64,000 bases of DNA from the NCBI GenBank assembly GCA_036172245.1, contig JAYWIR010000094.1, forward strand, positions 124,001 to 188,000. Reading direction: 5' to 3'. Source of the DNA: Raillietiella orientalis (Eukaryota). The position numbers were made by a program, and so were the translations under genes. Shown piece by piece: positions 37,401 through 50,310 of the stretch. The notes under the pieces were generated by a model. It had not been told where the DNA came from, searched no databases, and saw only the letters and a list, made by a program, of their open reading frames with translations. Position 1 is the first letter of the stretch, and each line of letters starts with the position of its first letter.

Positions 37401-37790
37401 TCTTTTATCCTCACGGCACTTTGGAGCTGGAGATGACTTTCTTGAGACATCAAGGACATGAAGATCATCGGATCTTCAACATGCATGTGCACTGCTACGA
37501 GTCTTTATGAATTCATCCAAATTCAAGGTGGTGTCAAACAAGGCTGCCCGCTTAGTGGCTTGCTCTTTGACATTGCCATCGAATGAACCCCTTCTTCAAT
37601 CAGTCCTACTAACATTTCCCGAAATCTTCCCCCTAGCCTATGCTGATGATATCACCCTGACATCTGTAAGCGTGTATATGTTGCAGCCTGCTGTAACTTT
37701 TTCATTTAATCATGCCCTTCAATTTGGCCTATCCTTCAACCCGAAAAAGTGAGGTTCCTTTCATTATGTTGCTGCCTTTCCACAAGTCCT
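34480..37790 (+). mobile_element. Family C: NeSL/Utopia-like non-LTR element, zinc fingers + RT, 3'-truncated (no endonuclease domain seen)
   Basis: FKCSHQNCSSSF...NHLRWH; HQKGFLPFDGVL.QNFLL; KDAFSSVPH; GVKQGCPLSG; LAYADD; GLSFNPKK. Confidence 0.8.
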
Positions 37791-39710
37791 GATGTAGATG
37801 AGTCAAGATATAGATAGGAAATTGGCCGAGATGGCATATGCGGTCCGAAACCAGATTTTGACGGCGATCTGGTGGAGGTCGAAAACAGCGTGTCAAACGG
37901 GAAGAGTGGTGCTAAAGCACAGGCTGTACCGGTGTTGGTGAGTTTATGTTAAGAATCCCACAACTAGTAATCTATTAAGGGACATGGAGATAGAATTAAA
38001 CGACGGAGAAGAGGAAGCATATCGCGTCCTCGTTAATTTGGAAGCTGATCTCGCACGGGGAGTGGAGAGGCAAAACAGGAAAGGTGTCAGCCGCTTTTGT
38101 TTAAAACAACTCGAATCAGTAAATTATAGCGAGAGCACTAAGAGTTGGCTGGAGAACAAACTAAAGATGGACTTAAATGCCATCAGGAAATATTTACTGA
38201 GTCCAGATGACTTCACATTGGATTCAAATCGTACGATAGTAGACAACGAGGAAGTTGAACAGTGCTTAAAGGAAAAACAACCGGAGATGACCTTACAAGA
38301 AATAAAAGTTAAAATACGCAATCGGCACCGGCACAATACAATCGTGGAAACATTACAAACAGCATACGAAAAAACGTTGTGGGAACTTAACGATACCATG
38401 AGAGGAAGACGTCATATTATAAGAAACTACAATGCTCGAATAAGTGGTACGGATACATCGGCTAAAATAGGAACAGTGGCTTATGGTGTCCTCGAGCCTC
38501 TGGAACCTGCCAAAACAGAACAAGCAAAATGTATAGGAGTGTACAAAGAACACGGCATTACACGGATGTATAAATTAGAGACAGAGCAGGCAGCAAAGAT
38601 CAACATAGGAATGGAAGCCGATACCATGAGAAACGTTGAAGAGGTGGGCCTGTCAAGAGAACAGATACAGTATAATGGCTGCGCTGAAAATCTGTCTGAT
38701 TGAAGAGGGCTGTTGTCCAACAATGGGAAAGACGGAAGAGGAATTATCGGAGCGGTCGGTGTTATATGGAACACTCATATCAGACAAAGACTGCGAAACT
38801 TTCGAATGAGACAGAGAACACCATCGGAGGCGATGTGCCAGAGCACGATGACGGTTTCAGGGACTGCGAACAGGATTGTAACAACAGCGAGGCAAGGAGC
38901 AGCAGCAATTAGAAGCAGAGGGAAGGATCTGGATACAAGGGCACAGTTGATAGCTAACAACATAGCAGATAAGCCACAGCGCATTATTGGCTTTCTTACT
39001 GTGCAACACAGTAACAGAGCTTGGAAAAGGTCCGTGGAGCTGCATATACAACAGATTTGGTATCTGGCAAGGACCGAAGATGGGGCACATTGCAACTACA
39101 ACCTGTCTGCAAACGTAAAGACATAGAAAACAGGCTGATTTCGAACAGCATGAACCTCGTCAAAATGTATGCCGCAGTTAAATTTGTGCCTGAAACAGAG
39201 AAAAACAATATAACAAGGTGCACAGTTGATGATAATACAGGAAAAATTAATGCGGAGAGGGAGATGAATGAGACAGGGAAGAATGACGTAAAAGCCCTAT
39301 TGAGATTTTGCAAAACATTGTCTTCGACGCAGAGCGTCGCCCTCATTAAGGCTAAAGTATGTCCTTTCTGTGTTTTCAAACGTCTATACCCTTCTACAGA
39401 AATAGGCCATGTGGATATCGTTAAGATTGGAGAAAAATTACACGAGTCGTATTCACAATAAAGTACATGCTAAAAATGGGAATACAGATCGGCCAACTCT
39501 AAGTTCCAACATGAGAGATTTCTTCTGGGATAAGGAAGTATTGTTTAGGCATCCCGACATATCAAATTCGTCACGTTATCAGAGGATGCTTAGGGAGGCT
39601 GAGACATACAATGTATTATTGGGTGATAATATCGGAAGGTCATATATCGATAATACAGGGACTTTACACCAAAGGATAGCAAGCATATAGGAAATGCAAG
39701 ACAGTAGGGC
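37790..39710 (+). pseudogene. Decayed long orphan reading frame (~630 codons), candidate endogenous viral element
   Basis: ORFs 37984-38703 and 38713-39126 share a frame across one TGA and continue via frameshifts into 39021-39461 and 39409-39690; purine-rich between pyrimidine-rich flanks. Confidence 0.45.
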
Positions 39711-40245
39711 ATTTGAACCTTTCAGTATTTGATTTCCTCTCTCCCATGTTATCCCACAGCACGTTTAATCTCTCACCTATAACCCCTGATGAGGTAAACT
39801 TTGCACTTAAGTTCTCAAACGACACTACCTTTGGTGCAAATGGCATTCCCTATTCAATCCTCCAGAAAGCCGATCCCTTTTGCAAATGTCTAGCCGCTTT
39901 ATTCACCACTTGTCTGCGGCATAAGCGCATTCCTCCAAGTTGGAAGTTTTCTCGTACTGTCCGTGTTCCCAAATCCGGTTCCCAAAGCCGGTTTCGGCCC
40001 ATAGCTATCAGCTGTACAATTGGGAAGCTGTATTCCAAAATTATTGCTAGACGACTTCGATCGTGGATATTAGAGAATTCCGTTCTAGGCACTCATCAAA
40101 AGGGCTTCTTACCGTACGATGGTGTCTTAGAACAAAACTTCCTCTTGGCTTCCTTGCTAGAACGTGCAAGAATTCATCATAAGAATTTGTGTATTTGTTT
40201 GCTGAATTTTAAGGATGCCTTCTCCTCAGTTCTTTATAGTTCTTC
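39711..40245 (+). mobile_element. Family C RT N-terminal fragment
   Basis: FRPIAISCTIGKLY, HQKGFLPYDGVLEQNFLL, FKDAFSSV. Confidence 0.85.
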
Positions 40246-41577
40246 TTAGTGTTAAATTTCCAGTTTACCTTACCCTGAAATGTGTTATTTCTTCGTGCAG
40301 TTGGTTCACCAAAACCACTGAACCCAAAAGGACCCTCCATTCCTTGAAACGACACCTTCAAACCCATCACAAGCTCTTCTTCCACTCTTACGACTTGGTA
40401 TGTCGGAAGTGCAACTCTATTATTTTACTCCCCACTCAATACCATGCGTGCTTCCAAAACAATTCAGAGCCTCCTCCCCCTCTCATGGTGAATCCCGCTC
40501 CGTCTGTTTACAACTGTTCTCATCAAAATTGTTCTTCCTCGTTTGCATCCTAAAGAGGCCTTCAAAATCATCTTAGGTGGCATAAGCGGATTCTGAATAG
40601 AGCTAAGTTGAGAAATCCTCAACTTGGTGGCTCTCCTTCACCCATTCCTCTATCCAATCGCTTTTTGGTGTTGGAAGCTTCTGATGTCCTATCAACTGCA
40701 CCCGTTTGTAACTCCCCACATCTTCCAGCTATGAATTTGCTCACCTCATTGTGCTCTCAACCTGCATGCCTTCCTTTCTCAGTTTCCCAATGTCGTCCTT
40801 CATCTCCTGACTTCATTTTCACTCACAGATTGATGAACCGTGAACTCTCTCAACATTTATTATACCCTTTCACAACCACATTTGATTGGTGTAGCTTAGC
40901 TACTCCTTCAGAGGAGTCGTGGCAAATTGCTATGGATGAATTTTCAGAAGTGATTTCTTCCAGTCAAGCTAAATTCAAGATTCGCTCATACTCCTTTAAA
41001 CCTCCGAGTCGTTCTCGTGCCACGTCAAGTGCAAAAATTTTACAAAACTTATATAGACGAAATCGAAAGCTTGCAATTAGATCAATTTTACAACCTAATC
41101 CTGTGTCCTTTACTGGGGCGGCTGAAGCATTCCCATTATTCTGAAAACTTCTCCCACAAACCTTGTGATCTCTCTTTGTTTGACTCCCTCACTCCTCCTT
41201 TATTGCAAAATTCTTATAATCTCTCTTCCATCACTCCTGACGGAGTCATCTTTGCGGTGAAATTTTCTACAGATTGTACCCCTGGGGCGCATGGTATTCC
41301 TTATTCCATCTTACGTAAAGCCGACCCTTCTGAAAAAGGTCAATCTGCGTTATTTAGCACTTGTTTGCGGCATAAACGCATTCCCCTAAGTCAGAAAAAT
41401 TCTAGAACTGTCATTATCCCTAAAAAACGTTCCTTATCCGCAGATGACATTTTCCAATTTCAACCTATTGCCAACAGCTGTACGTTGGGTAAATTATACT
41501 CAAAAATCCTTGCAAGAAGCCTTCGATCGTGGATCCTCGAGAATTCAATCCTGGGCCCTCATCAGAAAGACTTTTTT
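40246..41577 (+). mobile_element. Family C fragment (zinc fingers to RT start)
   Basis: KCVISSC...HLQTHH...CRKC; LYRRNRKLAIR; ILGPHQK. Confidence 0.85.
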
Positions 41578-41579
41578 AG

Positions 41580-42290
41580 TGCCCGCTTTTACCGGTGAGC
41601 CGACGGTAAGCAGCACTGCTGGCTGGAGATTACGGTCGCCACCGTCCACCATGCTGCTGCACGAATTCTAGTGCTCGTCTCCAGGTAGCGTAGTTTGACG
41701 CTCCGGTGTGAACTCGCGCTCCTTCGCGGCATGCGCAGAGCGCCTCAGGGCCTTAGTCAGGCGCGCAACGGCTTCCGCGCGGGTAAAACGACGTGCGGCA
41801 GTGACCTCACACTCCGTTTCTGAGTCCAATTAAACCGCCGGCGCTTCGCGACACGCCTGCCGTGTCGATTCGGAAGTACTCACGGATGCGGCCGCGGACA
41901 CTTCCTTTTTAGCGGTCAACGGGGCATCGCTCTCGGTGATCGCAACTTTCTTCCTATGAGCGGTCGCGGCGGAATCTTCTGCAATAGCAGAGGGAACCTT
42001 TGCGCGAGATTTCTTCAACGCACTGACGTTCCGTGCCTTGCAAAGGCCCTTGGATGGAGGCTGCGGAGAATTTTCGGGAGACTTAACCTTCCTCCCTTTT
42101 TGCACAACCGTCCACACTCCTCCCGTTTCCTCGGTACGTTCCGAGATGTTCGTCAGGAACGCCTCCGGGCTTTCCTGCCCAACCGCCTGGGGCGCAGTTT
42201 CGCTGCACCCTTAGAAAGCGGCGAAGGCGCAGCCTCCGCGGCAGTCGGGAGATTGCTACTCTCCTGCCAAGTCGGTGAACTTGCTTCACG
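41580..42290 (-). mobile_element. Family A ORF1 3' part, homolog of 7320-8008
   Basis: Shared tttaccgg.gagc.gacggt.agcagcactgctggctggagat; WTVVQKGRKVK. Confidence 0.75.
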
Positions 42291-42486
42291 GCTCAAAGTA
42301 TTGTGGGCTCGAGAACTTAATCAGTTAATTGTGCTCGTGTGTGCCCGGACAGGGGAAGTTTCCAGACGAAACTACAAAAAAAGCGCCCAGGAGATCGCGG
42401 CGGAAGACCTGCAGTGGTCCCGTGCAGCAAGACCAGCTGCCAGGATTCAGGCACCTAAAGGAGGAGTGGAGAGACCGTCGTCCCCC

Positions 42487-44106
42487 ATGGAAGCCATGGA
42501 GGTAACGTGCGGAAACGGCGAAGCGGTGGCAGGCATGCCGAGAATCGCGCCCGCGGCGGGCTTTGCTGCGCCGGCGGCGGCGATGCCAAGGGTCGTGCCC
42601 GCGGCGGCGACTCCGAGGATCCTGCCCGCGGCGGGGAAGGTCACGCCTGCGGCGGCGATGCCGAGGGTGCCGCCCGCGGCGGCAACGGTAGCGACGTCGA
42701 GGGTTGCGTTCGCGGCGGCGGCGTTCCAGGTAGGACCCGCGGGCGTCCACGCGGTTCAGGGCGAGACGCCATCTTGTTCGGCAGCGGCGGCACAGCACTT
42801 TTCCTATGCGTCGGTGGCGGCTGGACAAGCGAGTGTCCACCCATCAAGGAAATTCGGGAAGCCGCTATACGGCAAAGTACAAAACGTGGATCGGCCAATC
42901 GTGGATTTAGGGCCGAATGTGAAGCCCATCATTTTCAAGACTGAGCTGATCAAATTTAATAATATCAGGAAGGTGTATCTGTCCCTCGATAAAACGGATA
43001 TCAACTTTGATCGCATACAGGCGATCATACCGGCAAATAACGGGTTCACAGTCTTTACATACTGTGAAAATATTAGAGAGCGATTGATCCAGAAGAGCAT
43101 CAATATACAAGGAAGGATGGTTTGTGGTATTAGCAAAATGCCATACAGAACCGTCTTTCTGAACGCCATCTCCATCCTCACACCGCAACTAACCGTTTGG
43201 AACATTTTGGAGCAGTATGGGGAAGTTCTGGACCTTGAATTCCAGAACTTCTCTGGAAATATATTTTCTTGCGACATGATCGTCAAAATGAAGTTGAAAG
43301 AGGGAGCTGTGATCCCTGGATTAGCCGTTCCTGACGAACAATTTCAAAGAGTGAACATGCGTTACCTGCAACAACCGGTATTCTGCACCGGGTGCAAGCA
43401 GTTCGGCCACAGGGCCGGCGCTTGTCCAACGTGTCGTTGTTTCCGCTGCGGCAAAGTAGGACATCGAGTCCGAAACTGCCTGCAGCCGAAGGTGTGCTCC
43501 TTCTGCAAGAAACACGGACATGCCAAATGGAGCTGTCCGGAGTTTGCAAACTGCAGAAGGATTCGATGTCTCTATCCAGTGAGAGAGAGAAACACCAAGG
43601 AGGCGGAACCGCCTCACAAGGCAGGAAGACCGAAGAAGGTGAAACAAGCCGTCCCGGTATCGGAAGACGGCTTCATACAGGTAGGGAAGAAAGGAAAGCG
43701 TAGGATGCTCGTCAAGGAGCAAGAAACCCTTTTTATCCTGGAAGGTCAAGAGCAAGAAGGCGAGAACATGGAGGTAGCGCAGAAAGGCACGGAAGAAAAA
43801 ATAGCCGCAGATACTTCGGTTTCGCAGGAGGCCCTGCAATCTACGGAGGAGCTAGCATCACTGGCTAATGAAGTCCTAGAGGTGCAGAGCGGTCCTCAGC
43901 AAAAGAAAATCTTGCAGAAGATCTGCAATGCACAGGAGAAGGGGAACCAGGTTGTGAAGGTCACCGAGCGCGAGAAGCTAGAGGAACAGCTTCTCGACGT
44001 AAAGGCGAACTTCTGCGCCAAGGTCGAGATAGAGACGCTATCTCGAAAATTGATCGCGCGTGCCGAACACTCGACGGAGGAGGCGGAAGTAACCGACCTC
44101 ACCTGA
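42487..44106 (+). CDS. Family B ORF1 nucleic-acid-binding protein with three CCHC zinc knuckles
   Basis: CTGCKQFGHRAGAC, CFRCGKVGHRVRNC, CSFCKKHGHAKWSC; uninterrupted frame; start codon uncertain. Confidence 0.85.
   Translation: MEAMEVTCGNGEAVAGMPRIAPAAGFAAPAAAMPRVVPAAATPRILPAAGKVTPAAAMPRVPPAAATVATSRVAFAAAAFQVGPAGVHAVQGETPSCSAAAAQHFSYASVAAGQASVHPSRKFGKPLYGKVQNVDRPIVDLGPNVKPIIFKTELIKFNNIRKVYLSLDKTDINFDRIQAIIPANNGFTVFTYCENIRERLIQKSINIQGRMVCGISKMPYRTVFLNAISILTPQLTVWNILEQYGEVLDLEFQNFSGNIFSCDMIVKMKLKEGAVIPGLAVPDEQFQRVNMRYLQQPVFCTGCKQFGHRAGACPTCRCFRCGKVGHRVRNCLQPKVCSFCKKHGHAKWSCPEFANCRRIRCLYPVRERNTKEAEPPHKAGRPKKVKQAVPVSEDGFIQVGKKGKRRMLVKEQETLFILEGQEQEGENMEVAQKGTEEKIAADTSVSQEALQSTEELASLANEVLEVQSGPQQKKILQKICNAQEKGNQVVKVTEREKLEEQLLDVKANFCAKVEIETLSRKLIARAEHSTEEAEVTDLT
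42535..42745 (+). repeat. Imperfect in-frame ~27-bp tandem repeat (PAAAMPRVV) in ORF1
   Basis: gcggcggcgatgccaagggtcgtgccc-type units; related array at 48165-48420. Confidence 0.85.
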
Positions 44107-47100
44107 ACAGAGAGTGACACCGCCAGCGAGAAGCCCGCTGCTTCTTCAATGTCTGGAAGAGCACGCTCTCTCAGACAGAATAAGCTCAGGAAGGCCAAGA
44201 AATAGGTCTTCCCCTTTTATGGCCTCTTCCCTATCGACCGCCAGAAGGCTGAAAATCGGCTTCTGGAATGTAAACGGTGTGGTCGATCAGGGAAAAAGAA
44301 AAAGGAGTGTGCGGACCATCGCACTACAAGACATAGTGTGCTTGCAGGAGACCCTCAAGATGGGTCTCGAGATTAGTCAGCAAATGGAACGGCGATTCAA
44401 CGGACCGATGTTTGTCAGCGAGGGAGAACGGAACACGCAGGGTGTGGCGGTCCTAATCAAGAACAACTTTGCCCCCACTATTCTGGAAGTGTACTGTCCC
44501 CAACCCTTACGAATCATCAGCGTGCGACTGGCCTGTTCCGCTACTGTTCAACTCATCCTGGTGAAAGTGTACGGGCCGCACAGTCTGAAACATCGTTGTG
44601 CGGAGGCGCTGCATGCATCACTCCGTGAAAAAGTTGCACCCAAGGACGTCGTGATTGTTGCTGGCGATCTCAACATATTGTATGAGATCACTGACACCCA
44701 AGACGCCAGAGTAAGGACGGCGTATCGGCGGCTATCCGAAGAGTTCGTACTGGTGTGGCGAACTGCAAGTCACAAGCCGATCGATCACGTCCTGCACAGC
44801 ACCGAACTTGGCAATCTCATCCAGGGTTTTCGAGACATTATGAGCACGGTGTCCGATCACCCCCTGGTGCGGTTTTCCCTAGGAACGGAAAATCCTCGGC
44901 GGAGGCAAGGCACTAGGGTGGCGCTCATCAGCATGCCCGCCTGGTTCGAAACCCATCCCGGAAATCAGGCTGTCCTGGAGACGATTCTGAAAGCAACAAC
45001 AATCCGAATAGTCGTCGATTGGGACAGTCTGGAAAACAGGATACACTGTTTGCAAACATGGGGTTCGGGGATACACGCTTCAACCAGGTGGCGTACCGGG
45101 AGCTGAACATCCAAGATCGCTCACTCTCAAAGTACTTCGATCAGTACGAGAGTCGGTGCGTCTTGAAGAACATAAAAGGGGAAGTCGGCGTGTTGGAGAA
45201 TAGAAATCTAGCAACAGATATCTTCTGCATCCAGTACGACGGTTAAAAGCGACAGGCGTCTGAGGACTTCGTGGATGCCTTTCACAGGCATTACATGAAA
45301 CACTTGAGGCGACAACATCTCTGTCGCTCTAGTCAACAGGCCTTTCTGAGCTACCTCGAGAAGAGGACCGACGATCTCCAGCGGAACAGACTGGAGGAGG
45401 AATTCTCCGAAGACGAGGTGGAGACTGCGTTTGGTCAACTACGCAAGGACGTGGCAGCGGGCCTTGAAAGCGTACCCATCTCTCACTATCAGCGGTACCT
45501 GCATGCCTGCTTGCGTTTGTTCTTCCAGTTAACCCTCTGCATCCGCGAAGAAGGAAGATTTTCACAGTCCTTCTACGAGAGTCGGATAAGATTGTTGCCA
45601 AAAGGAGGCGACCTCACGCAGGTTGCTCAATGGAGGCCAATGTCGATCCTGAACTCCGAAGCCAAGTGTTTGGCGAAGATGTGGTCCAACCGCTTATTCT
45701 AGGTCATGTCGAGGCTCATCTCTCCGGTGCAAACATGTGCAGTCCCTGGACGTCACATGTCGAACAATGTCAAGTGTGCTTAGGCTACCGTGGAACTCAG
45801 CCGATACGTCGGCGAGAACCAGGCGCTGGTGTTCACTGACATGGAGAAGGCTCTCGACTCTATCGATCATGGGATGCTGCTTAAGGTTCCGGAGAAGCTA
45901 GGCCTTCCGGAACTCTTCAGCAACTTTGTGAGGGTGGTACTCCAAAACCAGTACTGCCGAATCAAAATCAACGGCCAGGAGACGGCAGCAATCCCGATGG
46001 AACCAAGAGTCCGGCAGGGCGATTCGCTAAGTCCGATGCTGTTCGTCATCTACATGGAGGCGTTGTCGTCCGTTATCGAGAAGAGCGGACGACTGCAAGG
46101 CATAACAATCGATGGCCAGCGTCTTACCCATCTGGCATACGCTGATGATCTTCTCTTCTCTATCAAGGGAGAGAGAAATCAACGAGCGTTTCTGGATGTG
46201 GTAGACCTGATGGATCAAGACCTGGGTCTAAAGATCAACGCCCAGAAAAGCCAGCTCTTTCCCGTTGGAATTCTCGATGTCTCCGCTCTAGCGGGGACAG
46301 GATTCCGAACGGTGGACAAGGCCAAGTACCTGGGTGTCTACATTGGCGACGTCTCTGCGTCGAAGCTATTGTGGACCGAGATCCTAGGGAAAGCGGCCAA
46401 GGAAGCAGCCAACTACACCCGAACGGACCTTGGAATGAAGCGAAAGGCCAACATATGGAACAAAGTACTCCTTCCAAAAGTGCTCTTTAAGGCGGCCTCA
46501 GCGAGGATGAACAAGGACACCAATAGGGAGTTCGACAAGCTGCAGAGAAAAAAACTGTGGGGCCACTATCGCCCAAGAGTCCGACTAAAACACCTGTGTC
46601 GTTCCAGGGAAGAAGGCGGTTCCGGGATGAAGTCGCTTGGACACTCTATAGAAATCATGGATACGCGACACATCCTGGACATTGCCTCTCACTGGGGTGA
46701 TTGGCCGTATGCGGCACACAGCGCCTTGGCGTTGTTGTTGAACAACTCGAAAGGCCTGATGACTGCGATGCAAGGCCGAACAGGCGAATGGAAAAAAATC
46801 GACCAAACCTGGACGACGAAGAACGGCTGGTGCGAAAGCACAAAACTAAGATCGTGCCGAGAAGTAGGGAACTCTGGCGTGACGAGTCCATCCTGGTGAT
46901 CCCTTGGATGCTTCCTGTCCCGCCGGACACGAGAAGCTGGATTTACCAGCGGTCCAGGGTTACCCTTCAACGAATCCAAGAGTGGAAACGAGGAGGGTAC
47001 CTACATCGCACTCGTATACTTAGGTATATAGAGATGATGTTAGGAAGGTTTACCCACATGACTCGCGAAGTGTGGTTCAACCAGAACGACTTTGCGTGGT

Positions 47101-47874
47101 CCAGGGTAACCAAAACAAACGTTCGCAGACTAATTTAAGAAGAAGAGCGTGATATCAGTGCCCTCCTGGAAGCCGCCGATCGCCATGGGAGTGAACGGAT
47201 CAACGTGTTAGCGATTGGCACGACACTCTGGAGGAGTGACCTTCAGCCGGGCACCCAGGATGACCTCCTGATGTTTTATCATGGAGGAATCTAGAGTGCG
47301 TCCCGATTGCAGCACTACACCGGAAGAAGGGAAGATCGAGACTGCACAGCATGTGGAGACATCGACACGAGACTTCACGTCTTGAAGTGTCCCACATTGC
47401 TGCATGACTGGCTGATCCTGAAAAGGATCATCGGACTCACCACCAGGTCAGTAATCGAGATCCTCGCCGGGATGTTTCAGGGGGATGGTAATGTTCCGTT
47501 TTACAATCCCATGGTGAGGACGACCTTGAAGACGTTTGTCTTTTTATCACCGCCATACTTGTGCGGTGCTGGAAAAGGAGGAAAGCCAGAAGAGCCGCAC
47601 CACCGATGGAGATCCTACAAGGGCTCTTGAAGAGGGAAATCTGCATGAGATACTGTGGGAAAATCGAAGCCTGGACGTGCCGATTCATCCTGAAGAGGAT
47701 AGAAGACGACGCCCGAGAGCAAACAGCAGGAAAGCTACCATGAGTGCAGAACTTGTGAGAACCCAAGGACTTCATAGTGGTAAAGAAAGTGCTAATGGTA
47801 TGGGCGAGATTGTAGTGTGAGTGTTTTTATATAAAAATTCTGGAAAAATAAATTTACGCCACCCCTAGTAAGAC

Positions 47875-48430
47875 TTGGAAAAAACTGTCTTGTAGGGCAG
47901 TATCGTAGGCGAGGAAGGCAACTGAGCCGCGACAATCGGTAGTTGAAAACTTTACCCAATACCCAGCCTAAGCGAGTAGTGCTGAAGTGACAGTGCCACC
48001 AAAGGACTTAAGCGACAGCAGGAGCAGCAGCACCGAGGAGCCCGAGGTGGAGAAAACTCTGCCAACTTCGCCAGAGGCAGTACGAGCTGCGACGATGCAG
48101 GCAGAAGGAACAGCGAAGAGACCGACGTCCTTTAAAAAGGTACAGTGCGGCAAAGGCGAGGAGGCGGCGATGCCACAGATCCCGCCCGCGGAGGGTATTG
48201 ACGCGCCAGCGGCGGCGATGTCGAGGGTCGTGCCCGCGGCGACGACGGACGAGGTCGTGCCCGCGGCGGCGATGCCCAACATCGCGCCCGCGACGGCAAC
48301 GGTCGCTCCGGCGGCGGCGATGCCGAAGGCTACGCCCGCGGCGGCCACAACGGCGACAGCGACGGAGAGGGTCGCGCCCGCGGCGGTGACGTCCCAGGCG
48401 GGACCCGCGGGCGTCCACGCGGAACACAGG
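47875..48430 (+). mobile_element. Family B 5' fragment in tandem behind copy 2
   Basis: PAAAMP repeats and GPAGVHA as at 42535-42755. Confidence 0.8.
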
Positions 48431-48464
48431 GTGCCAGACGGCGACCCTCTCCGTCGACGTCACC

Positions 48465-50310
48465 GTTGTCGCCGCCGTGTCGGCCTATGCAGACGATCTT
48501 CTGCTGCTGCTTCCCGGGTCCACCCCGGCGAGTGCGCTCGAGGACTTCTTCGAGTTGCTGCGCCGCGGGACGGGCCTGGAGGTGAACAGGGCGAAGTCGT
48601 CCATGGTCTTTGTCGGTTCGGCGTGGGCTGGACGGTCGGACTGGATCCGCTTGGCGATCCCCAGAAGCAGGTGCTTCAAGTACCTTGGCGTTCCGTTGGG
48701 TGAATTCTGCGCAGCAGAAGCATGGTCCGACCGTCTCTAAAAGGCAGCGTTGGCGATCGGTCCGTTCCAAGAAAGCAAGTTCCACTTGCAGGAACGGGCC
48801 GCGGTGTGGAACGCGTTTTCGGTCCCCCTCCTTCACCCTCTACTTTTTGTTTGCCTTGCCCCTTATCTCATTCGAAAACGAGCAGCGGGCCTCCTGAGGA
48901 CAGTCCTTTGTGGCAAAGGGAGGTCCCGTGTGAGGCTCAAAGTCTTGCGCGCTCCACGTAGGGACGGTGGACTTGGCGTACTTACGCTGGAGCGCATGGA
49001 ACTGCAACTCCAATTAAGGACTCTCGCCCTTATAACCGAATTGTGGGACACGCCTTGGTGCATTCCAACACGCCTCCTGGCCCAACGAGCCTGCGGATCC
49101 GGCGGACTTTTGTCGTTTCTGTCTGCGCGCGTCTGCAGAAGAGCACGCTGTGGCTCTATGCTGCGACGCATTCTCGTTGCGGTTCGGGAGAACGCCTGGA
49201 TCTCCTGCCTCCCAGGGAACTACTCTGCCTGGTCGCACGAGTCAGTCTGCACCTGGGAAAAGATCCACGTTCCGGCGAGCAGAAGGAACACTTGCCTGAA
49301 AAGGCACGCCCGCTGGACGCTGCAGGAGATCGTGCAGTCCCACGACAAGCTTCTGTGGGCCTTGATAACCCCCCTCGCCCCAGTGCTGCCCTTCCTTGTG
49401 AATGCCAGGGACAGTAGCGAGCAGGTAAAATGGACCGTGTCCGGCACCATAGGCGGCAGGACACAATCGATAAAGGCGTGGGCATCTCGGCAGCTAGCGG
49501 ACGCTGCGATGCCGAGTGTTCCGCCCAACGATATTCGACGCTGGGGCGAGCTACTCGGACTAACTATGGAGGAGATGAATTGGCCCCCAGCGTCCTGGAA
49601 CAGTGCATCCCTCCCCCTGAAATGGCAGGATGTGGCGTTGCTTGTGGTACTCTGGGGATAACCATTTAAAGCACGCCTGCACCACACCACCCGAGGGGCT
49701 GTGGATAATAATTGTGACCGGTGTGGGAAAAAAGAAACATTCCCCCACCTTCTCCTTGAGTGCAGAGCCGTCCGCTCTTTGTGGGATCGTCTCGCTGCGA
49801 TCCTGGACTTGCGCGGATGCGGCCCAAAGGACGTTTTAAGGCGCCTCTTTTGTAGTGACGCCTTGTCTTCGCCCACTAGTGTAGCATTCCTCTGCTGCAT
49901 CAGAAGAATAGTGGCGGCTTGGAACGCCACCAGAAGAAAGCGTCAGCCAACCGGCAACGCCTTACACTGGACTCGCCTTTTCGCGCGCAGTGTCTGCAAG
50001 TGGCGCCACTTGGGCGCTGAAAGGACACAGCTTGTGCGGATCCTGAACAGGATCTAGAAAACCTGTCCACGCGCACTGTGATCCCTTCCCCGCCTTCCCA
50101 CCCCTACAACATTTGTTCCCCCCCCACATTTGAGCTTTTTGTTTCTTTTTGTTTTTGTTTGTTTCCCATCCCGCGCATCGGAATGAACTCTCCGGCATGG
50201 AGCCGGTAACCAGCAAGCTGTTTTGGAGTGGTGAACCTTCGAGTTCGCCACGCGAAATTTTATGTATTTTTATTTCTAAGAAATAAATGCCCCGACACAT
50301 CCGGGTGTGA
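48465..50310 (+). mobile_element. 5'-truncated family A copy from YADD to the 3' end
   Basis: SAYADDLLLLLP, KYLG, CDRCGKKETFPHLLLEC; hairpin end 50282-50310. Confidence 0.9.

Larger units (their letters stand above)
42295..47870 (+). mobile_element. Family B near full-length copy 2
   Basis: Open ORF1; ORF2 ~44219-47743 with several stops and frameshifts: FWNVNG, CLQET, SDH, WRPMS, QGDSLSP, YADD, KYLG, CTACG...HVLKC; AATAAA near 47847. Confidence 0.93.

Noticed and set aside
41956..42486. N-terminal extension of the 716-aa ORF
   Set aside because: Chance open frame across antisense family A DNA and the B 5'UTR
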